A stretch of 64,000 bases of DNA from Spirulina sp. (GCA_044070495.1 JBIPSI010000019.1:32001-96000); one strand, 5' to 3'. Shown: positions 8,245 to 18,733, counted from the stretch's first letter. Notes: generated by a model not told the origin, from the sequence alone. Numbers and translations: made by a program.

Positions 8245-8667
8245 TTAGGAAAGAATCTTCAAAAACTGTTCGGGATTCACGATGGGTATTGCAAAAGTAG
8301 CTTTTAGGCTGAGCAGATCGTGATCGCCCGTAACCAAATAATCTGTCCGACCCACCACTGCCAACTGCAAAAACGGCACATCCAAAGGATCGCGACAGTT
8401 TGGAACCATTGGCAGTTCTGGCGGCATTGGTACAACCTCGCAGTAGGGCAAATAATCTGCCAAGAGATCATCCTGCTCAATTCTAGTCAGCCTGAATTTT
8501 GGGTAGGCCAAAACTCGAATTAACTCAGTTGCTGTTACCCGCGATACCAAAGGCGTCAAGCGCTGAGCTTGCCAAGCTTCGCGCAACGTAGCCATTGTCC
8601 CTTGCCTGAACACCAATGCAGAAACCAACACATTGGTATCTAGCACCGCCCGAAGCACCTGGGTCAT
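8245..8667 (-). CDS. PIN-family TA toxin
   Basis: RAVLDTNVLVSAL, CRDPLD and LVTGDHDLL motifs. Confidence 0.9.
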   Translation of the reverse strand: MTQVLRAVLDTNVLVSALVFRQGTMATLREAWQAQRLTPLVSRVTATELIRVLAYPKFRLTRIEQDDLLADYLPYCEVVPMPPELPMVPNCRDPLDVPFLQLAVVGRTDYLVTGDHDLLSLKATFAIPIVNPEQFLKILS

Positions 8668-8900
8668 GATTGAGGGGTAGAACCGTCACGAGCCCAGGTT
8701 ACAGCATCCGCCACATCTTGCTCTGTAATGTTCAGCTCGGCCAGCTTTTCTCTAACCGCATTAGACCGCTGAACTTTAACCGGGGTAAGAATTACTTGCC
8801 CGCCCTCAACCGTGATCTCAAAGTACTCCACAGGGCCAAGCGCTTCAGTAACACTCAACGGTAGGGTGATTCGATTTTGATCCGTAAGTTTTGTAAGCAC
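8664..8900 (-). CDS. AbrB/MazE-type antitoxin
   Basis: KLTDQNRITLP...GQVILTPV; ATGA overlap with the toxin. Confidence 0.85.
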   Translation of the reverse strand: MLTKLTDQNRITLPLSVTEALGPVEYFEITVEGGQVILTPVKVQRSNAVREKLAELNITEQDVADAVTWARDGSTPQS

Positions 8901-9066
8901 GTCACGAATACTCAGTCAGGCTATATGTCTAGCTTAGCGTAGCGAAAGAACTGTTACGGCCACATCGGAGCGAAACCCAGTCATTCTCGTGCCAGCGGGT
9001 CGCAAATGAACTGTGGGCCAAGGTGGACTTGAGGTTGCCCTAGGGCGATCGCTCATACTCTTCACT

Positions 9067-9088
9067 GGTAGGCAGTGCCTCCCCCTAC
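9067..9088 (-). repeat. Degenerate REP right arm
   Basis: GGTAGGCAGTGCCTCCCCCTAC followed by CGTGGCT, as at 8194. Confidence 0.65.
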
Positions 9089-9101
9089 CGTGGCTTAAGT
9101 A

Positions 9102-9956
9102 TTAGCGCAGATCCTGTACGGGTGATATATCTCTGTGTGTGCTGGTCTTGCGCTTCTCTGCATACAGCGCTTCGTCAGCACGGGCCAAGGCCTGATCAAA
9201 GGATTCTTTTCGGTGCAATAGAACCATGCCGATGCTGGTGGAAACCAAAATGGGTTCGTCACTATCCCTATGGTTTAAGGTGAAGTGGCTGCACTGGGCG
9301 CGGATTTCCTGTTGAATTTGCTCGATTTTGGTAGGGGATCCGGTAATCAGGAACGCAAACTCGTCACCGCCCAGACGACCGACGAGGCCCTCGTTCAGGA
9401 TCCCGTGCAATTGATGCACGACTGTACACAGAGCCTCATCACCGAGGCGGTGGCCGAAGCGGTCGTTGAGGGTCTTAAAGCAATCCAGATCGACCATGCC
9501 CACCAGCCCAGAATCGGCATAACGCCAAGTGTCGAGGTGGTTGGCCGCCTCGGTGAAGAAACCGCGTCGGTTGGCCGCGCCGGTGAGGGGATCGGTGGTA
9601 GAAAGCCTGAGTACAGCTAGATAGGCCGTATCTAGGCGCACCAGCAGACTTACGATCAGCCAAACACTAACGGGGGCTACCAATAACGGTACCGCCACGG
9701 CGATGGCCAGCGAGACCGCTAGGGTCACCCTTGGCGAATAATCCACGGACAATTGTGGAACGACCAGAGTGAGGGTCGCTAGGACAGACAAGCTAATCGA
9801 GCCAGCCGTGATCAGTGCAATGACACCTCGCGCACCAACCCGACGATAGAGCCCCATAATCGCCTGTTCCATCGGATTCAGGTTAATGTGCGGGTCATCC
9901 ATGAACCAACCATACCTACATGCCAAGTAGAAATCGTGCCCGTAACCGCTACTCAC
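9102..9956 (-). CDS. Membrane-anchored diguanylate cyclase (GGDEF)
   Basis: Two TM segments, DPLTG, DLDCFKTLNDRFGH and intact RLGGDEF; start codon uncertain. Confidence 0.9.
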   Translation of the reverse strand: MSSGYGHDFYLACRYGWFMDDPHINLNPMEQAIMGLYRRVGARGVIALITAGSISLSVLATLTLVVPQLSVDYSPRVTLAVSLAIAVAVPLLVAPVSVWLIVSLLVRLDTAYLAVLRLSTTDPLTGAANRRGFFTEAANHLDTWRYADSGLVGMVDLDCFKTLNDRFGHRLGDEALCTVVHQLHGILNEGLVGRLGGDEFAFLITGSPTKIEQIQQEIRAQCSHFTLNHRDSDEPILVSTSIGMVLLHRKESFDQALARADEALYAEKRKTSTHRDISPVQDLR

Positions 9957-10155
9957 CTCTTCATTGTTAGTCTACCCAGACGACGTCCTAATCATCTGCG
10001 GCCAACCTTTGGGGATGGACTCCCAGATCTAAAAGACGATACCCCGGCATTGCAACGGCTCTTTCGTTGCTTAGGGCACCCCCAATCGGCAAAAATCCGT
10101 CACCATAGAAACAGTGCCAGTAAAACTGCATTTTTGTACTGTTTGAGAATCAGCG

Positions 10156-12162
10156 ATGGGCGACTTCAACATTCAGGCCCCCTTTGAACCGATGGGCGAT
10201 CAGCCCAAGGCCATTGCCGGACTCACCCAATTTTTGAAGGACAACACCCGCTACCAAACCCTGTTGGGGGCCACGGGTACGGGCAAAACCCACACCATCG
10301 CCCGCGTCATCGACAACATCGGCAAGCCCACCCTGGTGCTGGCCCACAACAAAACCCTGGCGGCCCAGCTTTGCAACGAACTGCGGGAGTTTTTCCCCGA
10401 CAACGCCGTGGAGTACTTCATCAGCTACTACGACTACTACCAGCCGGAAGCCTACATCCCGGTGACGGACACCTACATCGCCAAAACCGCCTCGATTAAC
10501 GAAGAAATCGACATGCTGCGGCACTCCGCCACCCGGTCGCTGTTCGAGCGGCGGGACGTGATTGTGGTGGCCTCCATTAGCTGCATCTACGGTTTGGGGA
10601 TGCCTGCGGAATACCTGAAAGCCTCGATTCCGTTGCAGGTGGGGATGGAGGTGAATCAGCGCCAGGTGTTGCGAGATTTGGCCCAAATTCAGTACGAACG
10701 CAATGACCTGGATCTCGGTCGAGGGCGGTTTCGGGTGAAGGGCGACGTGCTAGAAATTGGCCCCGCCTACGAAGACCGCATCATTCGGGTAGAGTTCTTT
10801 GGCGACGAAATCGATGCCATCCGCTACGTCGATCCCATCACCGGGGCCACCCTACAAAGCATGGAGGGACTGAGCATCTACCCCGCCAAGCACTTTGTTA
10901 CCCCCGAAGAACGGGTCGAAGAAGCCACCAAGGCCATCCAAGAAGAACTGGCGGCACGGCTGGAAGCCCTGGAAAAAGAGGGCAAGTTACTGGAAGCCCA
11001 GCGCCTAGAACAGCGCACCCGCTACGACCTAGAGATGATCCGCGAGGTGGGCTACTGCAACGGCGTGGAAAACTACGCCCGCCACCTAGCCGGACGCCCC
11101 GCCGGATCGCCACCGGAATGTTTGCTGGATTACTTCCCCAAGGACTGGCTACTGGTGATCGACGAATCCCACGTCACCATTCCCCAAATTCGCGGCATGT
11201 ACAACGGCGACCGCAGCCGCAAAATGGTGCTGATCGACCACGGCTTCCGTCTGCCCAGCGCCGCCGACAACCGCCCCCTCAAGGCCGAAGAATTTTGGGA
11301 GAAAGTCAACCAGTGCATCTTTGTCTCCGCCACACCGGGGGATTGGGAGATGGAGATCTCCGAGGGCAAAGTGGTGGAACAGATCATTCGCCCCACCGGA
11401 GTGCTCGACCCAGAATTGTTTGTGCGCCCCACCGAAGGCCAAATCGACGACCTGCTGGGGGAGGTGCGGGATCGTGCCCAGCGCCAGGAGCGCGTCTTGG
11501 TCACCACCCTGACCAAGCGCATGGCCGAAGACCTGACCGAATACCTAGAAGAACATGGCGTGCGGGTGCGTTATTTACATTCGGAAATCCACTCCATCGA
11601 GCGGATCGAAATCATCCAAGACCTGCGCGACGGCAACTACGATGTGCTGGTGGGGGTGAACCTGCTGCGGGAGGGGCTAGACTTGCCCGAAGTCTCCCTA
11701 GTAGCGATTTTGGACGCCGACAAAGAGGGCTTTTTGCGGGCCGAGCGCTCCCTGATCCAAACCATCGGACGGGCGGCGCGCCATGTCCGGGGGCAGGCCA
11801 TCCTCTACGCCGACAATTTAACCGACAGCATGGCTAGGGCCATCGATGAAACCGAACGCCGCCGCGCCATCCAAACCGCCTACAACCAGGCCAACGGCAT
11901 CACCCCCCAACCCATCGAACGGCGCAATAAAGGCAACTCCATCCTCTCCTTCCTCGATATTTCCCGCCGCCTCAATGCCCAGGAGCTTGAGGAAGCCTAC
12001 GAACACAAGGAAGACCTGCCCCTGGAGGACATCCCCGAACTGATCGGCCAACTGGAAAAACAAATGAAAGAAGCCGCCAAAAACCTCGAATTTGAAGAGG
12101 CCGCCAAGTACCGCGACCGGATCAAAACCCTGAGGGATCAACTACTTGGAAAACGGGCTTAG
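10156..12162 (+). CDS. uvrB: Excinuclease ABC subunit B
   Basis: [22 protein letters not shown] and C-terminal UVR domain. Confidence 0.99.
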   Translation: MGDFNIQAPFEPMGDQPKAIAGLTQFLKDNTRYQTLLGATGTGKTHTIARVIDNIGKPTLVLAHNKTLAAQLCNELREFFPDNAVEYFISYYDYYQPEAYIPVTDTYIAKTASINEEIDMLRHSATRSLFERRDVIVVASISCIYGLGMPAEYLKASIPLQVGMEVNQRQVLRDLAQIQYERNDLDLGRGRFRVKGDVLEIGPAYEDRIIRVEFFGDEIDAIRYVDPITGATLQSMEGLSIYPAKHFVTPEERVEEATKAIQEELAARLEALEKEGKLLEAQRLEQRTRYDLEMIREVGYCNGVENYARHLAGRPAGSPPECLLDYFPKDWLLVIDESHVTIPQIRGMYNGDRSRKMVLIDHGFRLPSAADNRPLKAEEFWEKVNQCIFVSATPGDWEMEISEGKVVEQIIRPTGVLDPELFVRPTEGQIDDLLGEVRDRAQRQERVLVTTLTKRMAEDLTEYLEEHGVRVRYLHSEIHSIERIEIIQDLRDGNYDVLVGVNLLREGLDLPEVSLVAILDADKEGFLRAERSLIQTIGRAARHVRGQAILYADNLTDSMARAIDETERRRAIQTAYNQANGITPQPIERRNKGNSILSFLDISRRLNAQELEEAYEHKEDLPLEDIPELIGQLEKQMKEAAKNLEFEEAAKYRDRIKTLRDQLLGKRA

Positions 12163-12236
12163 TGGAACCCGAGTTCGGGTTAATCTCAATAGCCTTATGC
12201 CCTGGCAGCCCTCACCTTAAATCCCTCCCCCATGGG

Positions 12237-12404
12237 GCTACCGCTTATGCATAGCTTGTTCTCATGCCGTCATGCTTGTGGGATCCCCCTAAATCCCCCT
12301 TGGAAAGGGGGACGTTGACTCCGATTCCCCCCTTTTTTAAGGGGGGCTAGGGGGGATCAACCCTAGGAACCTAGCGGAATAGAAACTTGTGTATAAACAG
12401 TAGC
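12237..12404. mobile_element. MITE with 10-bp target-site duplication, nested in a hairpin repeat
   Basis: Imperfect TIRs GCTACCGCTTATGCATAGCT and ACTTGTGTATAAACAGTAGC (14/20); CCCCCATGGG at 12227-12236 and 12405-12414. Confidence 0.8.
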
Positions 12405-12517
12405 CCCCCATGGGAGAGGGGCTGGGGATGTAGTTCACTTCCTGTAAGGGGACGCTATAGCGCAAGTCAGAAGCGAGTCTCTAAAGATTTAATTCCTTGG
12501 CTTATCCCGAACTCTGG

Positions 12518-13477
12518 TTAGTGGAGATAAGGCAAGTCTGGCCCAGCGGGGACAATGCCCCCTGGATTGAGGGGGAACAGGTTGCCGTAGTAGTCGCGTT
12601 TGACGGCAGCGAGATCGCAGGTGGCGACCACTCCGGGCTGGTGGTAGAGGGCTTGCACGTAGCGGCAGAGGGCCGGGTAGTCTTGAATGCGGCGGCGGTT
12701 GCATTTGAACAGACTGTAGTACACCACATCAAAGCGAAACAGCGTCGGGAAAAGGCGCACATCGGCCAGGGTGAGGGTCTCGCCACAGAGGTAGGGCTGA
12801 CTGGATAGGGTCTGCTCAATGGCGTCTAGAGTCTCAAACAGTTCCCCACAGGCGCGGTCGTAGGCGGCCTGGGTTTGGGCAAAGCCGCAGCGATAAACGC
12901 CGTTATTCACGCTGGCGTAGATGCGCTCGTTCCAGGAGTCAATCTCGGCTTTGAGGGCAGCGGGATAAAGGTCGAGATCGGGATAGGCCGCAAATTCATT
13001 GAGTGATTGGTTGAGGATCTGGATAATCTCGGCACTGTCGTTATTGACGATGGTTTCAGCCTGAAAATCCCACAGCACCGGAACCGTGGCCCGTCCGGCA
13101 ATGCCCACCTGACGGTAGAGTTCGGGCAGGGTGCGGCAATTCTGGAACGGCGTAGGGAAAACCCAGCAGCCCTCGTCTGGGGAGGGTTCTACCACCACGA
13201 CCGTAACGGCATCCTCCAACCCTTTAAGGGCACGGGTCATCAGGGTACGGTGCGCCCAAGGACAACCCATCCCCACCATCAACCCATAGCGTTGGAAGGC
13301 CGGGGGATGGGGGCCATTGGGTGCAATCCAGCCCCGGCACTGGCTGGGGGGCCGCTGATAGTCGCCGCCCTCGTTGCTGGGAGCCATCTGGGCCATCATT
13401 TGCTGCCAGAGCGTGGTCCACACCCACTTGCCCGTGCGAATTAGCAAACCGGGGGGTAATGATGCTTTCTTAGCCAT
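12518..13477 (-). CDS. Glutathione S-transferase, glutathionyl-hydroquinone reductase (YqjG/ECM4) type
   Basis: CPWAHRT, TVPVLWD and NNGVYRCGFA motifs. Confidence 0.92.
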   Translation of the reverse strand: MAKKASLPPGLLIRTGKWVWTTLWQQMMAQMAPSNEGGDYQRPPSQCRGWIAPNGPHPPAFQRYGLMVGMGCPWAHRTLMTRALKGLEDAVTVVVVEPSPDEGCWVFPTPFQNCRTLPELYRQVGIAGRATVPVLWDFQAETIVNNDSAEIIQILNQSLNEFAAYPDLDLYPAALKAEIDSWNERIYASVNNGVYRCGFAQTQAAYDRACGELFETLDAIEQTLSSQPYLCGETLTLADVRLFPTLFRFDVVYYSLFKCNRRRIQDYPALCRYVQALYHQPGVVATCDLAAVKRDYYGNLFPLNPGGIVPAGPDLPYLH

Positions 13478-13485
13478 GGAATTTC

Positions 13486-14067
13486 CTACGGCAAGAGGGT
13501 ATGGAGGTTCAGCTCAAATCCTGGCAAAACAGCTTCTCCAGACAAGGTCGCCGTGAAGGGTACCGTTTCGGGGGCAACATCAGGACGATACACCTCCACC
13601 GTGCGGGTTTTAGGGTTCACCAGCCAGCCCAGCCGACAGCCGTTGTCAAGGTATTCCTGCATCTTGGCTTGGAGCGTTGCTACGTCATCGGTAGCGGACA
13701 GCAGCTCGATAACAAAGTCGGGGCAGAGGGGGGCAAATCCCTGGCGTTGGTCGGGGCTGAGGGACGTCCAGCGTTCTAGCGCCACCCAAGCCACATCGGG
13801 GGAGCGAATCGCCCCATTGGGCAACCGAAACCCGCTAGAGGAATCAAACGCTTTCCCCAGCCCTGTGCGGCGATTCCAAAGCGTCACATCAGCGGTCAGT
13901 TCAGAGTTGTAACTTCCGCTCTCGCTCCCGGTCGGTGCCATGGCGATGAGTTCTCCCGTGGCGGTGAGTTCTAGGCGCAGGTCGGGATTGGCCTGGACGA
14001 TGGCCCTAAACTGCTCCTCGCTGATCCGCAGGGTTTTTGGCAGAGTAACGGCAACGGTGGCTGGCAT
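13486..14067 (-). CDS. Uma2 family endonuclease
   Basis: FDSSSGFRLPNGAIRSPDVAW, PDFVIELLS and KMQEYLDNG motifs. Confidence 0.92.
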   Translation of the reverse strand: MPATVAVTLPKTLRISEEQFRAIVQANPDLRLELTATGELIAMAPTGSESGSYNSELTADVTLWNRRTGLGKAFDSSSGFRLPNGAIRSPDVAWVALERWTSLSPDQRQGFAPLCPDFVIELLSATDDVATLQAKMQEYLDNGCRLGWLVNPKTRTVEVYRPDVAPETVPFTATLSGEAVLPGFELNLHTLLP

Positions 14068-14142
14068 AGACAAAACCGCGAAACGCCATGGCCCTATTCT
14101 AGCCAGCCAGGATGTCTGGGCAAGCGCCATGCCTCGGTGGCG

Positions 14143-14847
14143 TCAGGCGTCCTCGTTCCAGGCGGGGTGGGAGAGCAGGGAGGCCATCATTCGCACGCCG
14201 CGCAGTTGGTTGGAGAGGGGCAGGTGGCCATCGGGGGCGCTGAGATCCCAGATGAAGCCGCCCGGATAGCGCGTCCAAACATTGTCGTCTTTCCAGGCGA
14301 GGCGGGGCCAGAGTTTGTCCCAGTTTTGGCCGAGGGCGAGCCAAAGGCGTCGCTGCACCGAGAAGCCAAACTTGCCTTCAGAGTAGATTTGCCACAGCCG
14401 ATCAATCGTCTGCAAATCCAGGCTGGGGAACATGTCTACTTCCGTGAAATACACCCACTTGCGCTTTACCGCCGTGGGGCCAGCCAGTTCACACAGTTTG
14501 ACAAGGGTAAGGCGGTCAGCTTCTTGGAAGTCTTGGGCCACCAGACAATCTTGAAGGGGGGAATAGTCAATCTCGGCGGCAGAGGGCATGGGTACCCGAC
14601 CTTCGGGCCAGGTCTCTAGCAAAAAATCTTGGATGTCGTCCTGCTGAGTGGCGTAGAGCACCTGCACCATGCGGCCATCCAAAATCGTGGGCGGCGCATC
14701 CTTGCGGTCGAGCAACGCGGTTTTGAGAGCGCCTAGCCCCTCCGCCCCCAGGGCTACCAATTCGTGAACCGCCGAGAGTTGACGTTTGGGGGAATCGCCC
14801 TGAAGTTGCTGCCGCAAGTCCTCCAATGTGCCGCTTTCCGAAACCAT
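14143..14847 (-). CDS. gun4: GUN4 (Ycf53), Mg-chelatase cofactor
   Basis: LWQIYSEGKFGFSVQ, RYPGGFIWDLSAPDGHLPLSNQLRG. Confidence 0.93.
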   Translation of the reverse strand: MVSESGTLEDLRQQLQGDSPKRQLSAVHELVALGAEGLGALKTALLDRKDAPPTILDGRMVQVLYATQQDDIQDFLLETWPEGRVPMPSAAEIDYSPLQDCLVAQDFQEADRLTLVKLCELAGPTAVKRKWVYFTEVDMFPSLDLQTIDRLWQIYSEGKFGFSVQRRLWLALGQNWDKLWPRLAWKDDNVWTRYPGGFIWDLSAPDGHLPLSNQLRGVRMMASLLSHPAWNEDA

Positions 14848-14920
14848 AGATCCTATGCCATGCGCTGTGAAACTGCCCTTTCCAATGATATGGCAATATC
14901 GGCGGTTTCTGGGGCTAGGG

Positions 14921-15343
14921 CTAGGGCAGGGGATGGGTGAGAAAGGCATATTCCTCGACTACTTGGCCGCCGATTAGGTGTTCTTGGATGATGCGCTCAA
15001 TCACCTCTGGGGTGGCGCTGTGGTACCATACGCCATCGGGGTAGACCAGCAAAATCGGCCCCTTGTGGCAGACCCGCAAACAGTGCACCTTGGTGCGAAA
15101 GATGCTGGTAGGCTGCTCGGCGGTGGGGATATCCAGCTTCAGTTCTTTAAGGCGATTTTTCAGATAGTCCCAGGCTTCTAGGCTGGCGGCCTTATCGCAG
15201 CACTTGGGGATAGATTGGTCGGCACAGATAAACACATGGCGCTGAATGCTGCCCAGGGCCAGGGCGTCAACACTCTGCTGGAGCACACTTTGCTGGAGGG
15301 CTGTTTCGGGAGTTTGGGACGCTGGGGTGGGGGAATTAGTCAT
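14921..15343 (-). CDS. Thioredoxin-like [2Fe-2S] ferredoxin
   Basis: HVFIC...KCC...[19 protein letters not shown]; start overlaps the minE stop. Confidence 0.88.
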   Translation of the reverse strand: MTNSPTPASQTPETALQQSVLQQSVDALALGSIQRHVFICADQSIPKCCDKAASLEAWDYLKNRLKELKLDIPTAEQPTSIFRTKVHCLRVCHKGPILLVYPDGVWYHSATPEVIERIIQEHLIGGQVVEEYAFLTHPLP

Positions 15344-15863
15344 GGCGGGCGGGATCTTCGGACGGGGTGGGTGGTGAATCGAGGTCAAGTGCTGTGGAGG
15401 ACTCGATGGTATCGACGGCCTCAGGGGAGTCGGTACCGGGGGCAGATTCCTCGACAGGATTAGCTTCGGCGACGGACTGGGTGGATTCAGCAGGCTCGGC
15501 GGACTCGGTAGGGGGGCTGACCTCCTCGGCGGGCGCATCAACCTGGGCAGTATCGGCCTTGGGAGCGGTATCTAGATTTTCGGGCACCACGGGGGAACTG
15601 GGCCGCACTCGACGGATGGGTAGGTTGGCAATCAGGGCGGTCATGCGCTGGTCGCTTTCCAGGTTAAATTCCAGGTGCTCTTGGTCAAGCTCCACGTAGC
15701 GCGAGACCACCTCTAGGATTTCCTGGCGCATTTTTTCCACCAGGTCGGGGCTGAGGTCGGTGCGGTCGTGGGCGAGGACAAACTGAAGCCGTTGCTTTGC
15801 CGACTCCCGGCTGGTGGGGGTGCGGTTGCGGTTAAAGAGTTTATCGAGCAGTTCGCTGAGCAT
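15336..15863 (-). CDS. minE: Cell division topological specificity factor MinE with long acidic tail
   Basis: [13 protein letters not shown]...[10 protein letters not shown]...[11 protein letters not shown]; downstream of minD. Confidence 0.95.
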   Translation of the reverse strand: MLSELLDKLFNRNRTPTSRESAKQRLQFVLAHDRTDLSPDLVEKMRQEILEVVSRYVELDQEHLEFNLESDQRMTALIANLPIRRVRPSSPVVPENLDTAPKADTAQVDAPAEEVSPPTESAEPAESTQSVAEANPVEESAPGTDSPEAVDTIESSTALDLDSPPTPSEDPARHD

Positions 15864-15986
15864 GGGGACGGGTGGCTGTGGATGACATCGAACACCGGGA
15901 GCGGGTGAGGGGGAAAGTTAGGGAGAAGCCCTAAGCTTAGGGGGCTCCAAGCTTAGGAACTCCAAGCGACGGGCCATTCCCGAAAC

Positions 15987-16784
15987 TTACCCCCGCAGAA
16001 AACGACGGATACGGCTAAACAGGTCGTCGTGGGTGGCGGTGAGGTCGAGCAAGGGCACCTCTTCCCCCAGCAGCCGCCGAGCAATGTTCTGAAAGGCCAT
16101 CCCTGCCAGGGAGAGCTTGGCATCCAACACCAGGGGTTCGCCCCGGTTGGAGGACACGATGACCCGCTCGTCGTCGGGGATTACCCCCAACAGCGGCACC
16201 GCTAGGATATCTAAAACATCGCGAACGGACATCATTTGATCTTCCTGCACCATGGCGGGCTTGAGGCGATTTACCAGCAGTTTGGTGTATTTCACGTCGC
16301 TGGCCTCCAAGAGTCCCACCACTCGGTCGGCATCGCGCACGGCGGAGACCTCCGGCGTGGTTACCACAATCGCCTCGTTGGCGGGGGCAATGGCATTTTG
16401 AAAGCCCAGCTCAATCCCCGCCGGACAGTCGATAATCACAAAGTCGTACTGGCCCTTCAGCCCCGCCACCAGTTCCTTCATTTGGTCGGGGGTAATGGCT
16501 TCTTTGTTGCGGTTTTGGGCCGCTGCCAGCAGGGCTAAATTGGGCTGGCGCTTGTCTTTGACCAGGGCTTTTTCAATGGTGCAATCCCCGGCTAGCACAT
16601 CCAGGGCCGTGTAGACAATGCGGTTTTCTAGCCCCAGCAGTAGGTCGAGGTTGCGTAGACCAAAGTCGGCATCAATCACCACGACCTTTTGATCCCGCTG
16701 CGCTAGGGCCATGCCCAGGTTGGTGGTGCAGGTGGTTTTGCCTACCCCGCCCTTGCCAGAGGTCATTACAATGATGCGCGTCAT
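15987..16784 (-). CDS. minD: Septum site-determining protein MinD
   Basis: [33 protein letters not shown] and C-terminal amphipathic helix. Confidence 0.98.
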   Translation of the reverse strand: MTRIIVMTSGKGGVGKTTCTTNLGMALAQRDQKVVVIDADFGLRNLDLLLGLENRIVYTALDVLAGDCTIEKALVKDKRQPNLALLAAAQNRNKEAITPDQMKELVAGLKGQYDFVIIDCPAGIELGFQNAIAPANEAIVVTTPEVSAVRDADRVVGLLEASDVKYTKLLVNRLKPAMVQEDQMMSVRDVLDILAVPLLGVIPDDERVIVSSNRGEPLVLDAKLSLAGMAFQNIARRLLGEEVPLLDLTATHDDLFSRIRRFLRG

Positions 16785-17355
16785 AGGCTAACCCAGCGTT
16801 CTACCGTCTAAACTTTACAACTCCACGAATTTTACGAGGAATTTACACAACCGAGACACCCGGTTTTAGAATCAACTACCCGGCAGAACGAACGAATGCC
16901 CACATTGTTCTTGGATTCACAGAACCTTGGGGGTACACAACCCTGGGGTGATACGACCGAAACCGAGCCCCCTAGGCTCAGAATTGTCCTTGGGCCAAGG
17001 CCGAACCGCGTAGGTCGATCCAGACTCCAATTCCCACACCCCCTAGGGATACCAGCGATAATGCTCGCCCTAGGTTACATGAAGTTTTCCCCTTTCCCAG
17101 AAGGAACGTGCGTAAAGGCACCGCAAGAACTGGTCCACTGGGTTTAGATGGCGGAGGAATTTGGGTAAACATAGGGTAGACCCTGGGGATAAGGTCATGG
17201 CCGCCGCTGGATGTTCCTAGGGAGGGAAGATAGATCGAGGGGAAACCTTAGCCATGGTGGCAAGCCCAACGGAAGTAAGCCCAGCGCCCCAGCCCATTCG
17301 GCAACGATGGGGGACAGCGCCCTTACCGGAACCGGATTTTAATTAGGAGTTACGC

Positions 17356-17952
17356 ATGGTCGTCAGCATCGATGAACGGGTCACTCCCTCCAGCCCTCAG
17401 GGGGTGGTTGATCAAGCACAGTTCTCGCCCCAGGATCAGGTGGCGCTGCTGCGGGGTGATGTATTAATTGTGCCGCAGTCCCTGCCCCAGGCCCCGGCAG
17501 CGGTAATGGCCCACATGTATGTGCCCCTCCATCGAACCCACATTTGGCCCCAGGTCACCAGCTATCGCCGCTGGACTCAGTTTTTCCCTAACATCACCCA
17601 CAGCGAGGTGCTGGAGTCGGTGAAAACGGCCACCCATCGCTACCGCCGCCTGTATCAGGTGGGGCGCAAGGGGTTCATGATGATCAGCGCCCAGGTGGAA
17701 ATCTACCTTCAGGTGCTAGAAACCACCTGCGAGCACATTCAATTTCGCCTAGAACAGGGCACCTTCTCCTACTTCGATGCCGATCTGCACCTGCAAGACA
17801 TGGGCGAGGGCACCCTACTCACCTACCGCGTCCAGGCGGCCCCCACTATTCCTGTCCCCACGTTTCTGATTGAGCAGGGCATGAAGATTGACCTACCCGG
17901 TAACATGAGACAGATGCGGCAAGTGTTATGTCAGGGCTATGGTGTGGTTTAA
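17356..17952 (+). CDS. SRPBCC/polyketide cyclase-like protein
   Basis: IWPQVTSYRRWTQFFPNI...GTLLTY pattern; AGGAG RBS. Confidence 0.75.
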   Translation: MVVSIDERVTPSSPQGVVDQAQFSPQDQVALLRGDVLIVPQSLPQAPAAVMAHMYVPLHRTHIWPQVTSYRRWTQFFPNITHSEVLESVKTATHRYRRLYQVGRKGFMMISAQVEIYLQVLETTCEHIQFRLEQGTFSYFDADLHLQDMGEGTLLTYRVQAAPTIPVPTFLIEQGMKIDLPGNMRQMRQVLCQGYGVV

Positions 17953-18304
17953 GCGGCTGCGGGGCACCTTTTGGTTGGGGTTAGGCTATCTGCTGTCGCC
18001 CCTCTCCTGGTGGAATGATTTGATTTTTAACTTTCCCTTGGCCTACGGCTTTGCCTACCTGATTACCTGGGGGCAGCGCGACTGGTTTTGGGCCGCGACG
18101 GTGGTGGGCTATTGGCTGTCTAACGTGCTGGGCATGGTGATGATGCAGTGGGGGGCCACGGATATTCTGTTTACGGATACCCCCCGCAACTGGAAACGAG
18201 AATTGTGGTTGGGTTTGGCCAGCTCTACGGCCTACACCCTGGCCATTGCGGGCTTAGTCTACTTCCACGTTCTCGATCTGCCGGACTTTTTGGCGGTGAG
18301 TTAA
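17939..18304 (+). CDS. Conserved hypothetical membrane protein
   Basis: LSPLSWWNDL motif; several TM segments; overlaps the upstream gene. Confidence 0.75.
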   Translation: MVWFKRLRGTFWLGLGYLLSPLSWWNDLIFNFPLAYGFAYLITWGQRDWFWAATVVGYWLSNVLGMVMMQWGATDILFTDTPRNWKRELWLGLASSTAYTLAIAGLVYFHVLDLPDFLAVS

Positions 18305-18314
18305 GCATGGGGGG

Positions 18315-18506
18315 TTAATGGTAGCGTTCCACAAAGGCTCGTCCGGCGGACATGGCGGCGCTGCTAGTGGTGTAAAAGGTGCCGTCGCTCAGCACATCCA
18401 GGGTAGGATTGACAATCCAGCACTGGTAGCCCCGATTTTTAGAGTGGCTGACACCGATAATCCAGCCCGCCATTGCCGATACCTGTACTACCGCATCGTC
18501 GTTCAT
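18315..18506 (-). CDS. Small hypothetical protein
   Basis: 63 aa with a strong AAGGAG RBS; AAMSAGRAFVE C-terminus. Confidence 0.6.
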   Translation of the reverse strand: MNDDAVVQVSAMAGWIIGVSHSKNRGYQCWIVNPTLDVLSDGTFYTTSSAAMSAGRAFVERYH

Positions 18507-18733
18507 GGGTTTCTCCTTCGGCTAGCCTAGGCTGCGACCCCAGAAAATTCCCCCTGGGGCGGCGGTTGGGCCATCGTGGTCTACTGGATGATCAAGCCAG
18601 GCTTTGCTGGAAACCACCAGGATCGCCGACCTTGATTCCAATATTCCGATCATTGTATTCCGATTATCCCGCAGGGACGTTGATCCTCTTCGGCTCCCTG
18701 CTCCCATGGGCAGTCATTGGAGACTCGTCAATC

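Noticed and set aside
4027..9956. Classical integron
   Set aside because: No tyrosine recombinase, no recognisable attC R''/R' boxes, and cargo lies in both orientations.
10100..10155. LexA box upstream of uvrB
   Set aside because: No match to the cyanobacterial RGTAC-N3-DGTWCB consensus at the correct spacing.
16896..17172. Short ORFs upstream of minD as a possible minC remnant
   Set aside because: No resemblance to MinC motifs and no RBS.
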